This document shows positions 52,809 through 64,000 of a stretch of 64,000 bases of DNA, piece by piece (position 1 is the stretch's first letter; each line of letters begins with the position of its first letter). Position numbers and translations under genes: made by a program. The notes under the pieces were generated by a model. The model had not been told where the DNA came from. It was given only the letters and a program-made list of their open reading frames with translations, and searched no databases. The DNA comes from the human T2T-CHM13v2.0 reference genome, Homo sapiens. The stretch is from assembly GCF_009914755.1 (NCBI RefSeq), contig NC_060937.1, one strand, 5' to 3'.

Positions 52809-55569
52809 CTTAGACGCAACTCTCTCAGCGTCTCCAGGTCAGCTCCCCTTCCCTGCTGCTGAGGGGAGACAACGGTGCCCACCCGCTGACACCAGCCCCA
52901 GGAGGCTTCCTAGTTGCTCTTGGTTCTCCCTAATTCTACCCACATATTTGTAAATATTTCCTTTATTTAAACCCTTCTCCCTTCCCCGTGCGAGTGTGCC
53001 TCTGCTCCTGTCTGACCAGGCGAGTCCATATCAAATATAAGGAGGGCGTTCTTCCCAAACCTACTGATAACGGCTTCAACCATGGCATTGAAAACTATTT
53101 ATCTAAGTCTTTTTGCCTCTGCTGGGATCCAAAAGACTCTTTGAAAACCAAAAGCTGAAATATACCTACAATGAAAATGCGTAAGTTTATACCTCGGTAT
53201 TGTTTCCCCGTCGTCGTTTCTGTCTGGGAATCACTTGGCACACGTGCGGGGCTCTTTCATGAGTTGAGGGTGTCTCAGAAACCTCCGTCTCCCGGATCCA
53301 TGGCTGCTCTACAGAGAGGGGCCGGACCGTGTTCTCTCCGGCTGTGGGCAAGCCGTCCTGTCGTTTCTTCCACCTTATGTTGTTTGGTCAAACAAGCAAA
53401 CACGGGATGAGAACCATTGCTTGACTGCGTCTACCAGGGCACCCGCGGCAAAGGAACTGCTGCTACCCGTGAGCCGTGGAGCTGTGTGCATGACTTGAGC
53501 CATTTGGAAAGACCCAGCAATAGCTGGTCAACGATGAAGGGGGCCATTCTGTTTACAGCAGTAGAAGGCAGGGATGAGCACAGCTCCTACCTCTATGTGG
53601 AGGCTTCATTGCCCAGCTCTGTCTCCGACCTCCAGAACGCCTTTCTGGGTGGGATGGACGGTCTTCGGTGGTCAGGACTACAGAAACAGCCCTTGGTATT
53701 TTTGAAGCCATTTTGAATGGCTCGAATATAATGGCTTAGAATTTGAAAAATTTGAAAAATAAAATGACTTCAAATTTGAAAAATCGTTGCAATAAACCCT
53801 GTTGCCATCTGGCTGGATTTCACATGAATATGTCCATGGAAGAGAAACTGATAACTGAGTAAGATGGATCTTAGGCATCAAAGTGTAGTGCTTGCCTGGT
53901 GTTTTCTAAGGCAAATTTGAGGCAGAGAAGGTTTTCTTTCTTAGTATCAGAGACAGCAGGAACTTCTCTACTGGCACAAAAATGTCCATCTTGAAATGTC
54001 TTGAAGTCTTCTAGAAAGGTTAAATTAATCCTATTTCAAAATTTTCTGAAAGAGGATTCTGGGATTTCTTTTTTTAGTAAGCAAAATTCTTTCTGGATCT
54101 AAATGTAACTTTGGGAGAAAACAATGGGAATGTCTCTCCAGCCCCCCTCACACTCTGCATCACTCAGATTTGGGCTTATTGATGCTATTTTCCCGTCCTA
54201 AGTTTGTTATGTTCAAATAGATTGATTTGAAAAGATGTATATTGAGTAGTGATTAGCATATATTTTAAATAAGGCAAAAATCTTGGAACTCCTAATCCAA
54301 TCATTTATTTAGGATGAATCTACATACATACGCTGGGTCAACTACATTCTTATCACATGTGAGTAAATCACAGCGTCACCATGGATATCCCAGTTGCAAA
54401 TGGCATTGCGCATGCTGGCCATCTGCTTTTATAAATAATGGAGTTCCCGCCTCCCTATCTAAGCGAAGCCCTCCAGGCTGGCCTGTGCCAGGTCTCCACT
54501 TCACCTCCTCCTGCTCTCTGCTGATCACACCAGCACTCACTTGAGCAGCACTTGCCAAGGTCCCCAGAATTGACTCCACACAGTTGAGTCCACGGCCAAT
54601 TCTGTCTCCATCCAACTTCTCTGTCAGGAGTGGGCAAAGTTATCCTTATTTCTTCACCAGCTTCCAGGATCCAGCCCTCTCTTGCTTCTCTGCCTTCTCA
54701 GTCTCCTTTGCAGGTTCTCCCTCACTTCCCTGACCTCCAAATCCTGGGCACACCTATGCAGTGCCCCTCACTGCTCCTCCTCCAGCGGCCCTCAACTCTC
54801 CCAGTGGTCTCTCTCAGCTGCAGGACAGCTTCACCTCCCACTTGTCTCCCTTTCCTTAGATGTCTCGTATAGCAGCTCTTCAACACTTCTGCTTGGCTGC
54901 AGAGCAGGGGTCTTGAGCTTCACTTGGCCAAAATGTACCCCCACACACCAGTAGCAAGTAAGGCTACCTCGTGCCAATGTCCAATGGTGATCTGTGCTTT
55001 GTAGAAAATCACAGCGGGTGAAGGGAGTGAGAGCGGGGGTTAGGCAGGGACAGCTCTGAGATGAGGGGCATTCCAGCAGAGAGGCAAGGAGCAAAGGGAA
55101 GAGCCACACGCATGTTGTGTGTCGGAGGGAAGAGCTTTCTAGACGGGGTGGGCATCAGGAGTCGGGAGGCAGTTGGAGGGAGCATGGAGCAAGCCCTGTG
55201 TGCATGAGGCTATAATTTCTCCCGGCTCCATCTCCAGAGCCTGGATCTCCTACTTCAAGCAAGGGTCTCAGTAAAAGCTACCTGGGGAATTAACAAGAAA
55301 CTGAGTCACTTTTACATCTATAATCATCGACCAAAAAAAAATCAATTAATCCTCCTACATCCTAAGCCAGTCTCCATAACTCCTGGTTTCCTGTGTTTCT
55401 GCTGTAAAATAGGATGAATTTCCTTCATGAGAATGACAATTATTACAAGTGTTTCAAACACTGATTTGAAGGAAATCTAAAATATATTTTTCCCTGCTAA
55501 GGAGCTCTGTTAGGAAGATAAGCAACCACACCAGCCTCAATGCGTCTACACCTGCGAAGTTCAAAGCAG

Positions 55570-55712
55570 CAGCTCTGTAAATTGAATACAATTAAAAATG
55601 CACTTCCTCTGTTGCATTCACCATACCTCAAGTGCTTTGCAGCCATGTGTGGCCAGTGACCACAGCAGGGGACAGACCAGACACAGAACATTTCCTTCAT
55701 CAAGAAAGCTCA
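55570..55712. mobile_element. MER3/MER33-like fragment
   Basis: ctcaagtgctttgcagccatgtgtggccagtgaccac...agaacatttccttcatcaagaaag. Confidence 0.65.
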
Positions 55713-57351
55713 GGGCTAAACCCTCGATCACCTTGAATTACTCTCTGATTACTTGGGGGATAAACTGGGGTTGTTGAATGCAAAGAAAAATAATTTATCT
55801 TCTTTAAATACAGTTCCATGGTGATAAAAATGAGCAGATTCATAAAAAATTTTTCAGTAAACCCTCATGCCATCTGGGTGGATTCCACGTGAATGTGTTC
55901 ATGGAAGAGAAACGGATAAAACTGACCAAGATGAATCTTAGGCGTCAACATTTGGTGCTTGTGTGAAATCATTCCCACAGCACTTGGTGCCAGAAGTCCC
56001 TGCTTTCCAGCTGTGGGCAGTGGTGAAACTGTATCAGCATCAGCATGAGAATGTGGAGTTACAAACTGCGTCAGCACCCACGGCAATCACAAAATTATGG
56101 TGCAGAACGAAGCCACCAAAAGTAGGTTTGGGTGCATGTGTTTCTTCCCTTCCAAAATGTATGGGAAGCTGCAGTTCCATGATTCTCACACCTCCGTGAT
56201 TTCCAGGACAGAAGGACTTGCTGGTGGCCCCACCCTCATATTTTATTGTGGCCCCGGCCCATAGGTTGGGCTTAAGCCTCTGGCCGGCACCAGTCACCCA
56301 CAGCCCTGTGCTCCTTCAACTAGGAATCGAGCTGCCAGGTCCTGTTGAGGGGTGGGAGGTGGGCAGGAAGAGAAAGAAGTCTCAGCCCAGTGCACAGTAG
56401 TGACATTTACCCAGAGGAGGAAAACTGAAAGTAGAATTGATTGATTCTTTCATCTTTATACACCTAAAATCTCATAGGGCAAAAGCAAGCAATATCGCAT
56501 TCCTTGTAGAGACTGAGTATGGTAAAGGTTAGCAACTGTAACTTTAGTAGCATTTTCTTTCCTAGAGAATCCAAATCCATGCTGCACTGCACTGTTTTTG
56601 GGTGGGACAGGAGTGAGGGGAGGTCCCTCACCAAGCTGTGCTGCCTGTTGGCACACATGCAGCAGAAATGGCATGTTGCATAAATGGTTTTTATTCAGGC
56701 AATTATTGAAAAATGACCTCTCTATCACAACACTTTCCTAGTGGGTAATTGACAAGTGCTCACTTTTTCATGCAAAAAAAGGTAAATCTCAAACAAACTA
56801 TAGCATATGCATGGAAACATACAGCATGCTTTGTCTCACTAAGAGGCTCAACTATTTGTTGAAATGAAGCTTGACCTTTGGCTATGTTAACACCTTTAAA
56901 ACCTTTTTTAAAAGACCAAATTACTTTAAGACCAGTGAAACCACTGATATTCCTAGTTGCATTCTCAGAAAGATCTATGGTATTTACTTGAGAACATGTT
57001 AAGACTCCTCCTCGGACTCAGAGTCCCCAGAATCCTTAGATCTCTTAAGACAGCATAAGTTTAATTTAGGCTGATGCCGGGGGCTGGGGGGAAGAATACT
57101 TTCTGTTGGAAAAACAAAGAATTGAATTAACATGTGAGATTGGGACTGTTTTCTGTGAAGTTAGCACACTTTTTTATTTACTAGGAAGATGAACCACTGG
57201 AATTCAGCTTAACAGCGAAAAAGAATCTCCAGCCTAACAAGGTGTTATATTGAAGTGAGTAGAAAAAGACTCCCCAGTGGTCTCACTTGGAGTCTGCAAG
57301 GATTAGAGAAGGCTGAGGGCTGTCAACTGCTGCCTTCTCTGCTTTGCTGTC

Positions 57352-57805
57352 TGCTATGGGTCACACTGGGTCCCCCAAAAGCCATTTGGAAGTCTAGCCC
57401 CCAGCCCCTCAGAATGAGAGCTTACTGGGAATAGGGCCTTTGCAGATGGAGTTAGTTAAAATGAGGTCATGCTGGAGTAGGAAGGGCCCTACATCCAATA
57501 TGCCCGAGTCCTTGTAAGAAGAGAAGACCCAAAAGGAGATGAAGACAGAGACACACAAGGGGATGCCATGTGCAGACAGAGGCTGAGGCCGGAGCGCAGC
57601 CATGAAACACAGAGGCTGGACCACTGCTGCCAGAGGCTGGGAAGGTCAAGGGAGGACCCTGCCCAGAAGAGTCCCAGAGAGGCACAGCCCTATGGACACC
57701 TTATTTCAGACGTCTGGCCTCCAGACTGTGAGACAACAAATTTCTATTGTTTGAAGCCAGCAGTTGTGGGACTTTGCGATAGCAGCCCTGGGAAACTGAC
57801 ACCCC
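57352..57805 (+). mobile_element. MLT1 LTR (MLT1C/D-like)
   Basis: tgctatggg...ggaatagggcctttgcagatg..agttaaaatgaggtcat...tctggcctccagactgtgagacaacaaatttctattgtttgaagcc...agcagccctgggaaactgacac. Confidence 0.88.
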
Positions 57806-58329
57806 ATGCTGTCATAGTCCCTCCCAGGAGCAGGGAAAGGAGCTGTCCCACCTCCCAGCTGGACAGGGACACATGGATGGAGCTTTCTAGGCCCAACTGT
57901 ACAACTATGGAAAACCACATCCATACAAACAAAGATCAGGAGGGTCATATAAAAATGATTATTTAAGGTGGTAGAGTTGGGTTTTTTTTTTCCTTTTCTC
58001 TGCTCTTTCACAAATTTTTGTTAAGGTTGGTTAAAAAACATGCAAAATTCCTAGGCTAAAAGGGCCTTCATATTTGATTAACCATATTATTGCTTCAAAA
58101 CTCCTGAATCAGCTACTTCCCCTGACGCTGGGAGTAAAGGCGACATCTGCAGGCTCTTCCAGCACAGTCGAGAGCTACTCCTCATCCTGATGACTCAGTG
58201 TTGTGGCATCTCCTTAAATTGTGCACCAGAGGCAGGCTCCTCATCTCCTTGCCCTTGCCCCAGCCCTGCCTGAAAGCATCACTCCATGATTTTCTTGTGT
58301 CTACTTTTGTTTGAAAGCCAGCTGGGGAA

Positions 58330-59090
58330 GACACTGTTCCTAAAGGTAGTCTGCCTGCCGTCACTGGCTGCTTATAAGTCTCATCTGCCTTTGGGTTTCT
58401 GCAGTTTCACTCTAACGTACCCAGCTATGAATTTCCTTTCATTTATCCCACTTGGGACATACCAGGTTTCTTGAATCTGTATTTCAATTTGCTGTATTAG
58501 TTCTAGAAAATTATCAGCCATTATATTTTCAACTATGTTTCCTTCTCCATTCTTGTTCTCTTCTCTTTTTAAGACTCAAGTGTGTGTTGAACTTTCACAC
58601 TGTATAGTCTATGTCTCTTACTTTTACTTCTGAGGTTTTCCTTTTTCATCTCTCCATGATGATTTTTAGGTTTACTCTTGAACAGTCTCCCAGTTCACAA
58701 ATTCTCTCTTTAGCTGTATCTAATCTGATCTTAAATCTATCCAGTGACTTCTTAATTATTTTTTTCTTCAGAGTTTTTAAAAATTTCTGTTTTACTTTTG
58801 GGATTTCCAATTCCCTGACCATTTTTTCAGAGCTTTGCTTAATCTCTTGTTATATACTAAATATAATGCATACCTCATCTATTGGCTTCAGTGTCTGGAG
58901 TCACTGTAGTTCTGTTTTTGGAGTCTCTTATTTCTGTTTCATCTCATTTAATGGTGTTTGGTCTCCTTGTCTCTGGCCATCTTCCACTATCTACTGGCAC
59001 AGTAATTTTTTAAATTTTTGAACATATAATTTGAGGCCTGGGATATCATCATCTTCCTGTAGGGAAGATTTTTATTTGCTTTTGTAGCTC
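58330..59090 (-). mobile_element. Old L1 (L1ME-like) fragment
   Basis: ttctgcagtttcact...tcttgaatctgt...aaattatcagccattat...ccagttcacaaattctctctttagctgtatctaatctg. Confidence 0.6.
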
Positions 59091-59959
59091 TCTGGGAGGA
59101 GTAGCAGTACGAAACGAAACCTCAAAACCTACTCTCTCTATCTCTGCATTAGAGACAGGACTGAAGACTGATATTTTAATCTATGCTTTGTGAAAGCAGA
59201 AAGTGTTCTTCAGGAGATGAGTGGCAACCACGAACTGCCAGGAAATCAATGGATAAAATGTGCTTTCAGTGCATAGTTCATACAAATTACTTCAACCATA
59301 AAATTTGACAGCTTGTAAATAATGGCCTAAGAAATCCAGAGAGGAGAGACGTAACATTAATTTAGAGGCTGTTTCTAGTCTTCAGCTGTACCCTCAAGTC
59401 CCTGCTTCCCAACCCATACCAGCATTTCATGGATATTTATTTCAATTCTCCTTCACTTTCCTCAATGTTAAAATGACAGAAGAGTTATAACCCAAATGTC
59501 CAATTATTTTAGGAAGTACATAGGATTGAGAGCAAGTTTACATTTTTTAAAATCAGTAAAACTAGCTTATATTTTAGCAAGGACAAAGCAGCATGGGATG
59601 GTAATTAGTAACCAGACATTAAATAAGTACTTACATGCTAAACTAGCATTTAAAGTAGTGTGACCCTAAAATATCTCACAAATTGTCTTAGATAGTGGAC
59701 TTGGAGAAACACCATAATGCATTTTTATCGTTACTGTAAAATATAAAATAATCAATCTTTTTTGTGTGAAACACTGCATATAAACACACGTTCCAGAAAA
59801 GTATCAAAACAATAATTACAAATCCTTATTCACTTCTCTAGGGATTCATTGCATAAGCCTGCCACAAAGAAGTACAAATATTGTTTTTCTCTAAAGCTAT
59901 CTGAGTAAACATCAACCTAGTAGAAAAATCTGTCGACCTATGCTTTGGGGGAGCACCTC

Positions 59960-60050
59960 CCAGGATTCCTTTAGAATGCAGACTCGTGGGCATGGGGTGG
60001 GGCCCAAGATTCAGCGTTTCTCAGGAGCTCCTGGTGGGGACCACACTACA
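59960..60050. mobile_element. MER5-like fragment
   Basis: aatgcagactc...ggggtggggcccaaga...gggaccacact. Confidence 0.55.
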
Positions 60051-60448
60051 GGTCATGGAGTATTTCATCTTCAAGATACAAAGCTCTGATGGACAGCCCT
60101 TGAATAACATCAAGGAGACATGAGAAAAATCCAGTAATGGTGCAAATAAAAAAGAACGCCCAACCATAGGCCAATCATCTCTTTAAATATAAGCAAACAT
60201 AAGTCTACATAAGTTAGATAAGATGTACGTTTTGTTCAGCATTGCCCTTTTAACAATATTTTCTATCCCTGCAAATTACTATCCAGCTGGCACATAAAAC
60301 ACATTTTTTCAGATGCTTTTATTGATGCGAAGAATTTCAGTTTTTGAGAGAGCATTTTATAGAGGGCAGGAAGAAAGGTAGAGAACACGGCTTCAAGTAC
60401 AAGACCTTGGTAAGTGTCGATCTCATTAAAAGAGAATGAAAGAGTTCT

Positions 60449-60632
60449 GGGTGTGTATGTGTATGCATGTGTATGTGTGTACATGTGTGTGTGTGTACAT
60501 ATGTGTGTGTACATGCATGATGCATCATGTATGTGTGCATGTGTGCACATGTGAACATGTGTGCATGCATGTGTGCCTGTGTGCATGTGTGTACGTGTGT
60601 ATTCGTGTGTGTACGTGTGTGTGTGCACGTGC
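60449..60632. repeat. Degenerate (TG/CA) alternating purine-pyrimidine tract
   Basis: Read directly. Confidence 0.9.
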
Positions 60633-60694
60633 TGTACCTCCAAGGCTATGAGGATGGTAAAACAAAAATGTGCTCCAATGTTAAGTAGCAAAAA

Positions 60695-60706
60695 TGTGTG
60701 TGTGTG

Positions 60707-60746
<40 letters not shown>

Positions 60747-60747
60747 A
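60695..60747. repeat. Compound (TG)n(TA)n(GA)n microsatellite
   Basis: Read directly. Confidence 0.95.
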
Positions 60748-61699
60748 ACTAGATGTCTTCACAGGCAATACTACATTTATTCGAATGATGTAAGTACTTC
60801 TTTTTTTCAAGTATTAAATTTCAGGATGAAACATGCTTTCTTTCATTCCAGATTGTAATTCATTTAAAATGGAGGACTCATAACTACAAATAGTAAATTA
60901 TCTCGAGGAGAGAATGGAAAACAGGGGAAGGGAGGAAGAAAAACCCCATAAGTCTTAGAGTGAATGTTTGGCTACTATTTTTTCTAATTCTCAAAGGAAA
61001 TGCATCTTTATTTTATCATTATACAGAGAGGCCCAGAGTCAAGTAACTCTTCAGCTCTAAAGACTTTCCCCTGAACCTCTTTTAAGAAGAAATTATTTCA
61101 AATGCCCTTGGGCAGCAATATGAAAGATAATACTCAGGTTATGTTGCAAACAAATCTCCATTTTAAAAATGAGCCAGATTCCTCCCTCTACATTTCTGTC
61201 CCTTGTCTTTAATGCATTCAAGGACTCTTGGGAAGATTGAGAAATAGGCATAGAAACAACCTAATAATACAGAGAAGTCAGCATGTTTATTGTATTTTTG
61301 AAGAACTCAATAATTCCTCTACATAACCTAGTTTCTGACTGGAAGATAACAGGCATTTCATCTTCAAGAAATTTGAGAAGATTGGGTTAACAACTCATGG
61401 TTGGCAAGGTATCCTGAAAGTTCACTGACTTCCAGAGCTTCCCTTTGCTTTGTGATAAAACATCATTCTCAACCTTGTGTTGTTTCACGCCCTGTCTTTC
61501 ATTTTTGCTTCGCCTGTAAATAAACATTCAGTTTGCTGGAATTAGTGAAGCCAAGGACGTGGTGGCATTTGACATCCTTGGGCATCTGATAAGCCGACAC
61601 TAATTCCAAAGGGGAGCCTTACTTTTTAAACACTTAATTTTCTTTCAAGTAAATTACAGGAAGAAGAACAACCTTCCTCCACGTCTGCTGCTCTTCATT

Positions 61700-63435
61700 T
61701 CTTCCCCAGTACCCATAATCCTGAAGGGCTTCCTTCAGAATTTTGGTAACGCAGGCCTCTGCTAGGAATACCGTCAGCCTTCACTGATGTTAAAAGATCT
61801 TTTTTCAGCCTTTCTTTGAAGGAGGTTTTTGTTTCATACAGAATTGCTGTGGCTTGACAGGTTTGTGGGGTTTTTCTTTCATCACTGTAAAAATGCCCTT
61901 CCGTTGTTTCTGGCCTCCTTGTATTTTGTACAGGGGTCCACTTAGACCCCTGTATGTGTGGATTTTTCCCTTATCTTTTTTTTTTTTATCTGTTTAACTA
62001 CAATGTGCCTAGGTATGGTTGTCTTTTTATTTTGCATACTCCTGCTTGGAGTTTGATTAGATTCTTGGATATGAAAGTTATGTTTTTCATCAACTTAGGT
62101 AAGTATCTGGTCATTATTTGGCATATCCAGCCAAAGAAAAAACCAAAAAGGTGATGCCCAATATCACTTCCTTCTCCTCTGGGCCTCCAATTCCATGTGT
62201 GTTAGGCGGTTTAATATTATCCATAGGTCCCTGAGGCTCCACCCCTTTTCCTTCTAGCTTTCTCTCTGTTCTTCTTACTGGATGATATCTGCTGATGTCT
62301 TCAAATTAACAACTCTTCCTCCTGATATTCCTTACCTGCTGTCAAGCCTATCTAGTGAATTTTTCATTGCAGTTATTATACTTTTAAGATTCTTAAGTTC
62401 CATTTGGTTCTTTATCATTTACATTTTGTCGCTAAGATTCTCAATCTGTTCTCTTGTTAAGACTATATTTTCCTTCAATTCTTTGACCATGTTGTAAAAG
62501 CTGCTTTAAGATCTTTGCCAAGTGCAACATCTGAGCCATCCCAGGACTGGTTTCTTTTGACTGCTTTTTCTCTTGACTATGAATCTCATTTTCCTGTTTC
62601 TTAGTTGTCTGGTGATTTTTTTCCACTGATACTGACTTCGTGGATAAAATGCTGTAGAGACTCTGGATTTTGGTACCTTCCTTTTTCCGTTATTGACTCT
62701 TATGACAGCAGGTAGTTCAATCACTGAATGATCTCTGTGAATGTGAGCATATCTCTGGAAGTCCAAAGTGCTTCCCAAGCCCCTCCAACTTTGCCAGACT
62801 TACCTTTCAACCTCTATATCCTTTGTGTGTCTTTGCAGAGCTTGATATTAGGTTTTGTTAGGGCAGGACTAGAGTGGTCTTACACTAGCATTTGATCCCA
62901 CCACCTGTGGCAGTCTATCTGGCATCTCATCTGGACACCACAGGTGTTAAAGTGGCATTAAGATCTCTCCGCCTTGACAGGACTGGAACTCTGGCAGCAC
63001 TCCACTGCTCAACCTCCCGTTTTTCTGCTTAACTCTCAATCCCCTGCCAGCTTCTATCGATAAGCCTTGGTTATTTCTGCCTTGTTCATGGGAAGCCCAG
63101 CCCTCAGCCACAGACCATCTTGTTACTTGGCTCTCTGCTCTCTACTCTTAGACCCTATGGATTCCAGCTGCTTCAGGTGCTTCAAACTTTGACCTCTGCT
63201 TTCCCAACTCAGAGGGACCACCATACTCTCCCTGGGTTCCAGCCCCCCCTGGCCATGGCCGGGAAATTGTTCACAGGCAGAGACCAGGGCAGGGGCTCAT
63301 TTCCAGAATTTTCCTTCATTCACAGGTCCTTAGGGAACACCTATTGCCCACCACTGGAAAACGGTTACCTCATATATTTTGTCAGGTTTTACAGTTGCTT
63401 ATTGCTGGGCACTACTTCAATACCAGTTTCTCCAC
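61700..63435 (-). mobile_element. Old L1M 5' region / ORF1-like fragment
   Basis: Minus-strand ORF 62441-62626 (QTTKKQENEIHSQEKKQSKETSPGMAQMLHLAK) resembles the ORF1 N-terminus of old L1M; tctagtgaatttttcattgcagttatt motif. Confidence 0.65.
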
Positions 63436-63469
63436 CATAGACAGCCACCCATCATTGCTGATCTGCGTG

Positions 63470-63850
63470 CATCGAACAAGTATTTATTGAGCATATTCAA
63501 TGTGCTGGGCACTAGGCACAGTGTGGGCCAAATGTGATGAGCCCTGCCCTCATGGAGTAGACAGTCCATGCGAAAAAATAGACATGAAACAACCACAAAT
63601 CTAAGTCTGTAGTTAAATTATGATAGATATTGTGTGCTGAAAGTAGAGAGTGCAGTGAGAAAATAACACTGAGCACCCTAATGTAGATGGGGGGGGGAAG
63701 CCTCTTTAAACACGTGGCTTGGGAGATGAGTGGGCTGGATGAAAGGCTGAGGGGAGACTTTGAATATGTGAGTGCGCACAGGGGACCTGCACAAAGAGCA
63801 GATGGCAAGGAGGCCCCGCAGCAGGAGCGAACTGAGTGTCCTTGGGCTGG
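63470..63850. mobile_element. L2 3' end
   Basis: aacaagtatttattgagcat...tgtgctgggcactagg...ccctgccctcatggag. Confidence 0.75.
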
Positions 63851-64000
63851 AAACAGAAGCTGAAGATGAGGTTGGAAAACCAGCAGACCTTGGAAGATCT
63901 CAGGTTATACCTGCGGTGAAATGGAATTCCACGGAGACATTTCCAGCAACAAGATCAAGTTCAGAAATGTCTTCTTACAAGTAGGAGCCAAAATTCCAGC

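Noticed and set aside
52254-52953. 202/225-aa Pro/Ser/Ala-rich ORFs
   Set aside because: Translation of the 54-bp VNTR, with frame-shifting unit variants
53810-53865. C/D snoRNA within the duplicated 135-mer
   Set aside because: CTGA is present, but there is no good RTGATGA C box or terminal stem in both copies

Overview
Primate (human-like) non-coding genomic DNA: Alu J/S, FLAM, THE1/MST/MLT1 MaLR LTRs, L1M, L2, MIR, Tigger1 and MER44 are all recognisable. No protein-coding gene can be supported. Every long ORF in the track comes from a minisatellite or from decayed L1/Alu/MaLR sequence, and many start at GTG/TTG. The AT-rich left end grades into a GC-rich, CpG-retaining, VNTR-dense middle/right part, as seen in distal chromosome bands (inference). 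I did not find a convincing new biological system. The most unusual items are micro-evolutionary: (1) a ~1 kb CpG-rich 36-bp minisatellite apparently amplified from 36 bp of an old L1; (2) an ~85-bp piece copied from 3.5 kb upstream into that same L1; (3) a fold-back micro-inversion of the L1 RT motif with ~31-bp inverted arms; (4) a second ~135-bp local duplication; (5) nested AT-rich hairpins; (6) a degenerate interstitial telomeric array; (7) a TAATTA-dense candidate enhancer; (8) a few candidate lncRNA exons. Repeat subfamily names are from recalled consensus sequences and boundaries are approximate.
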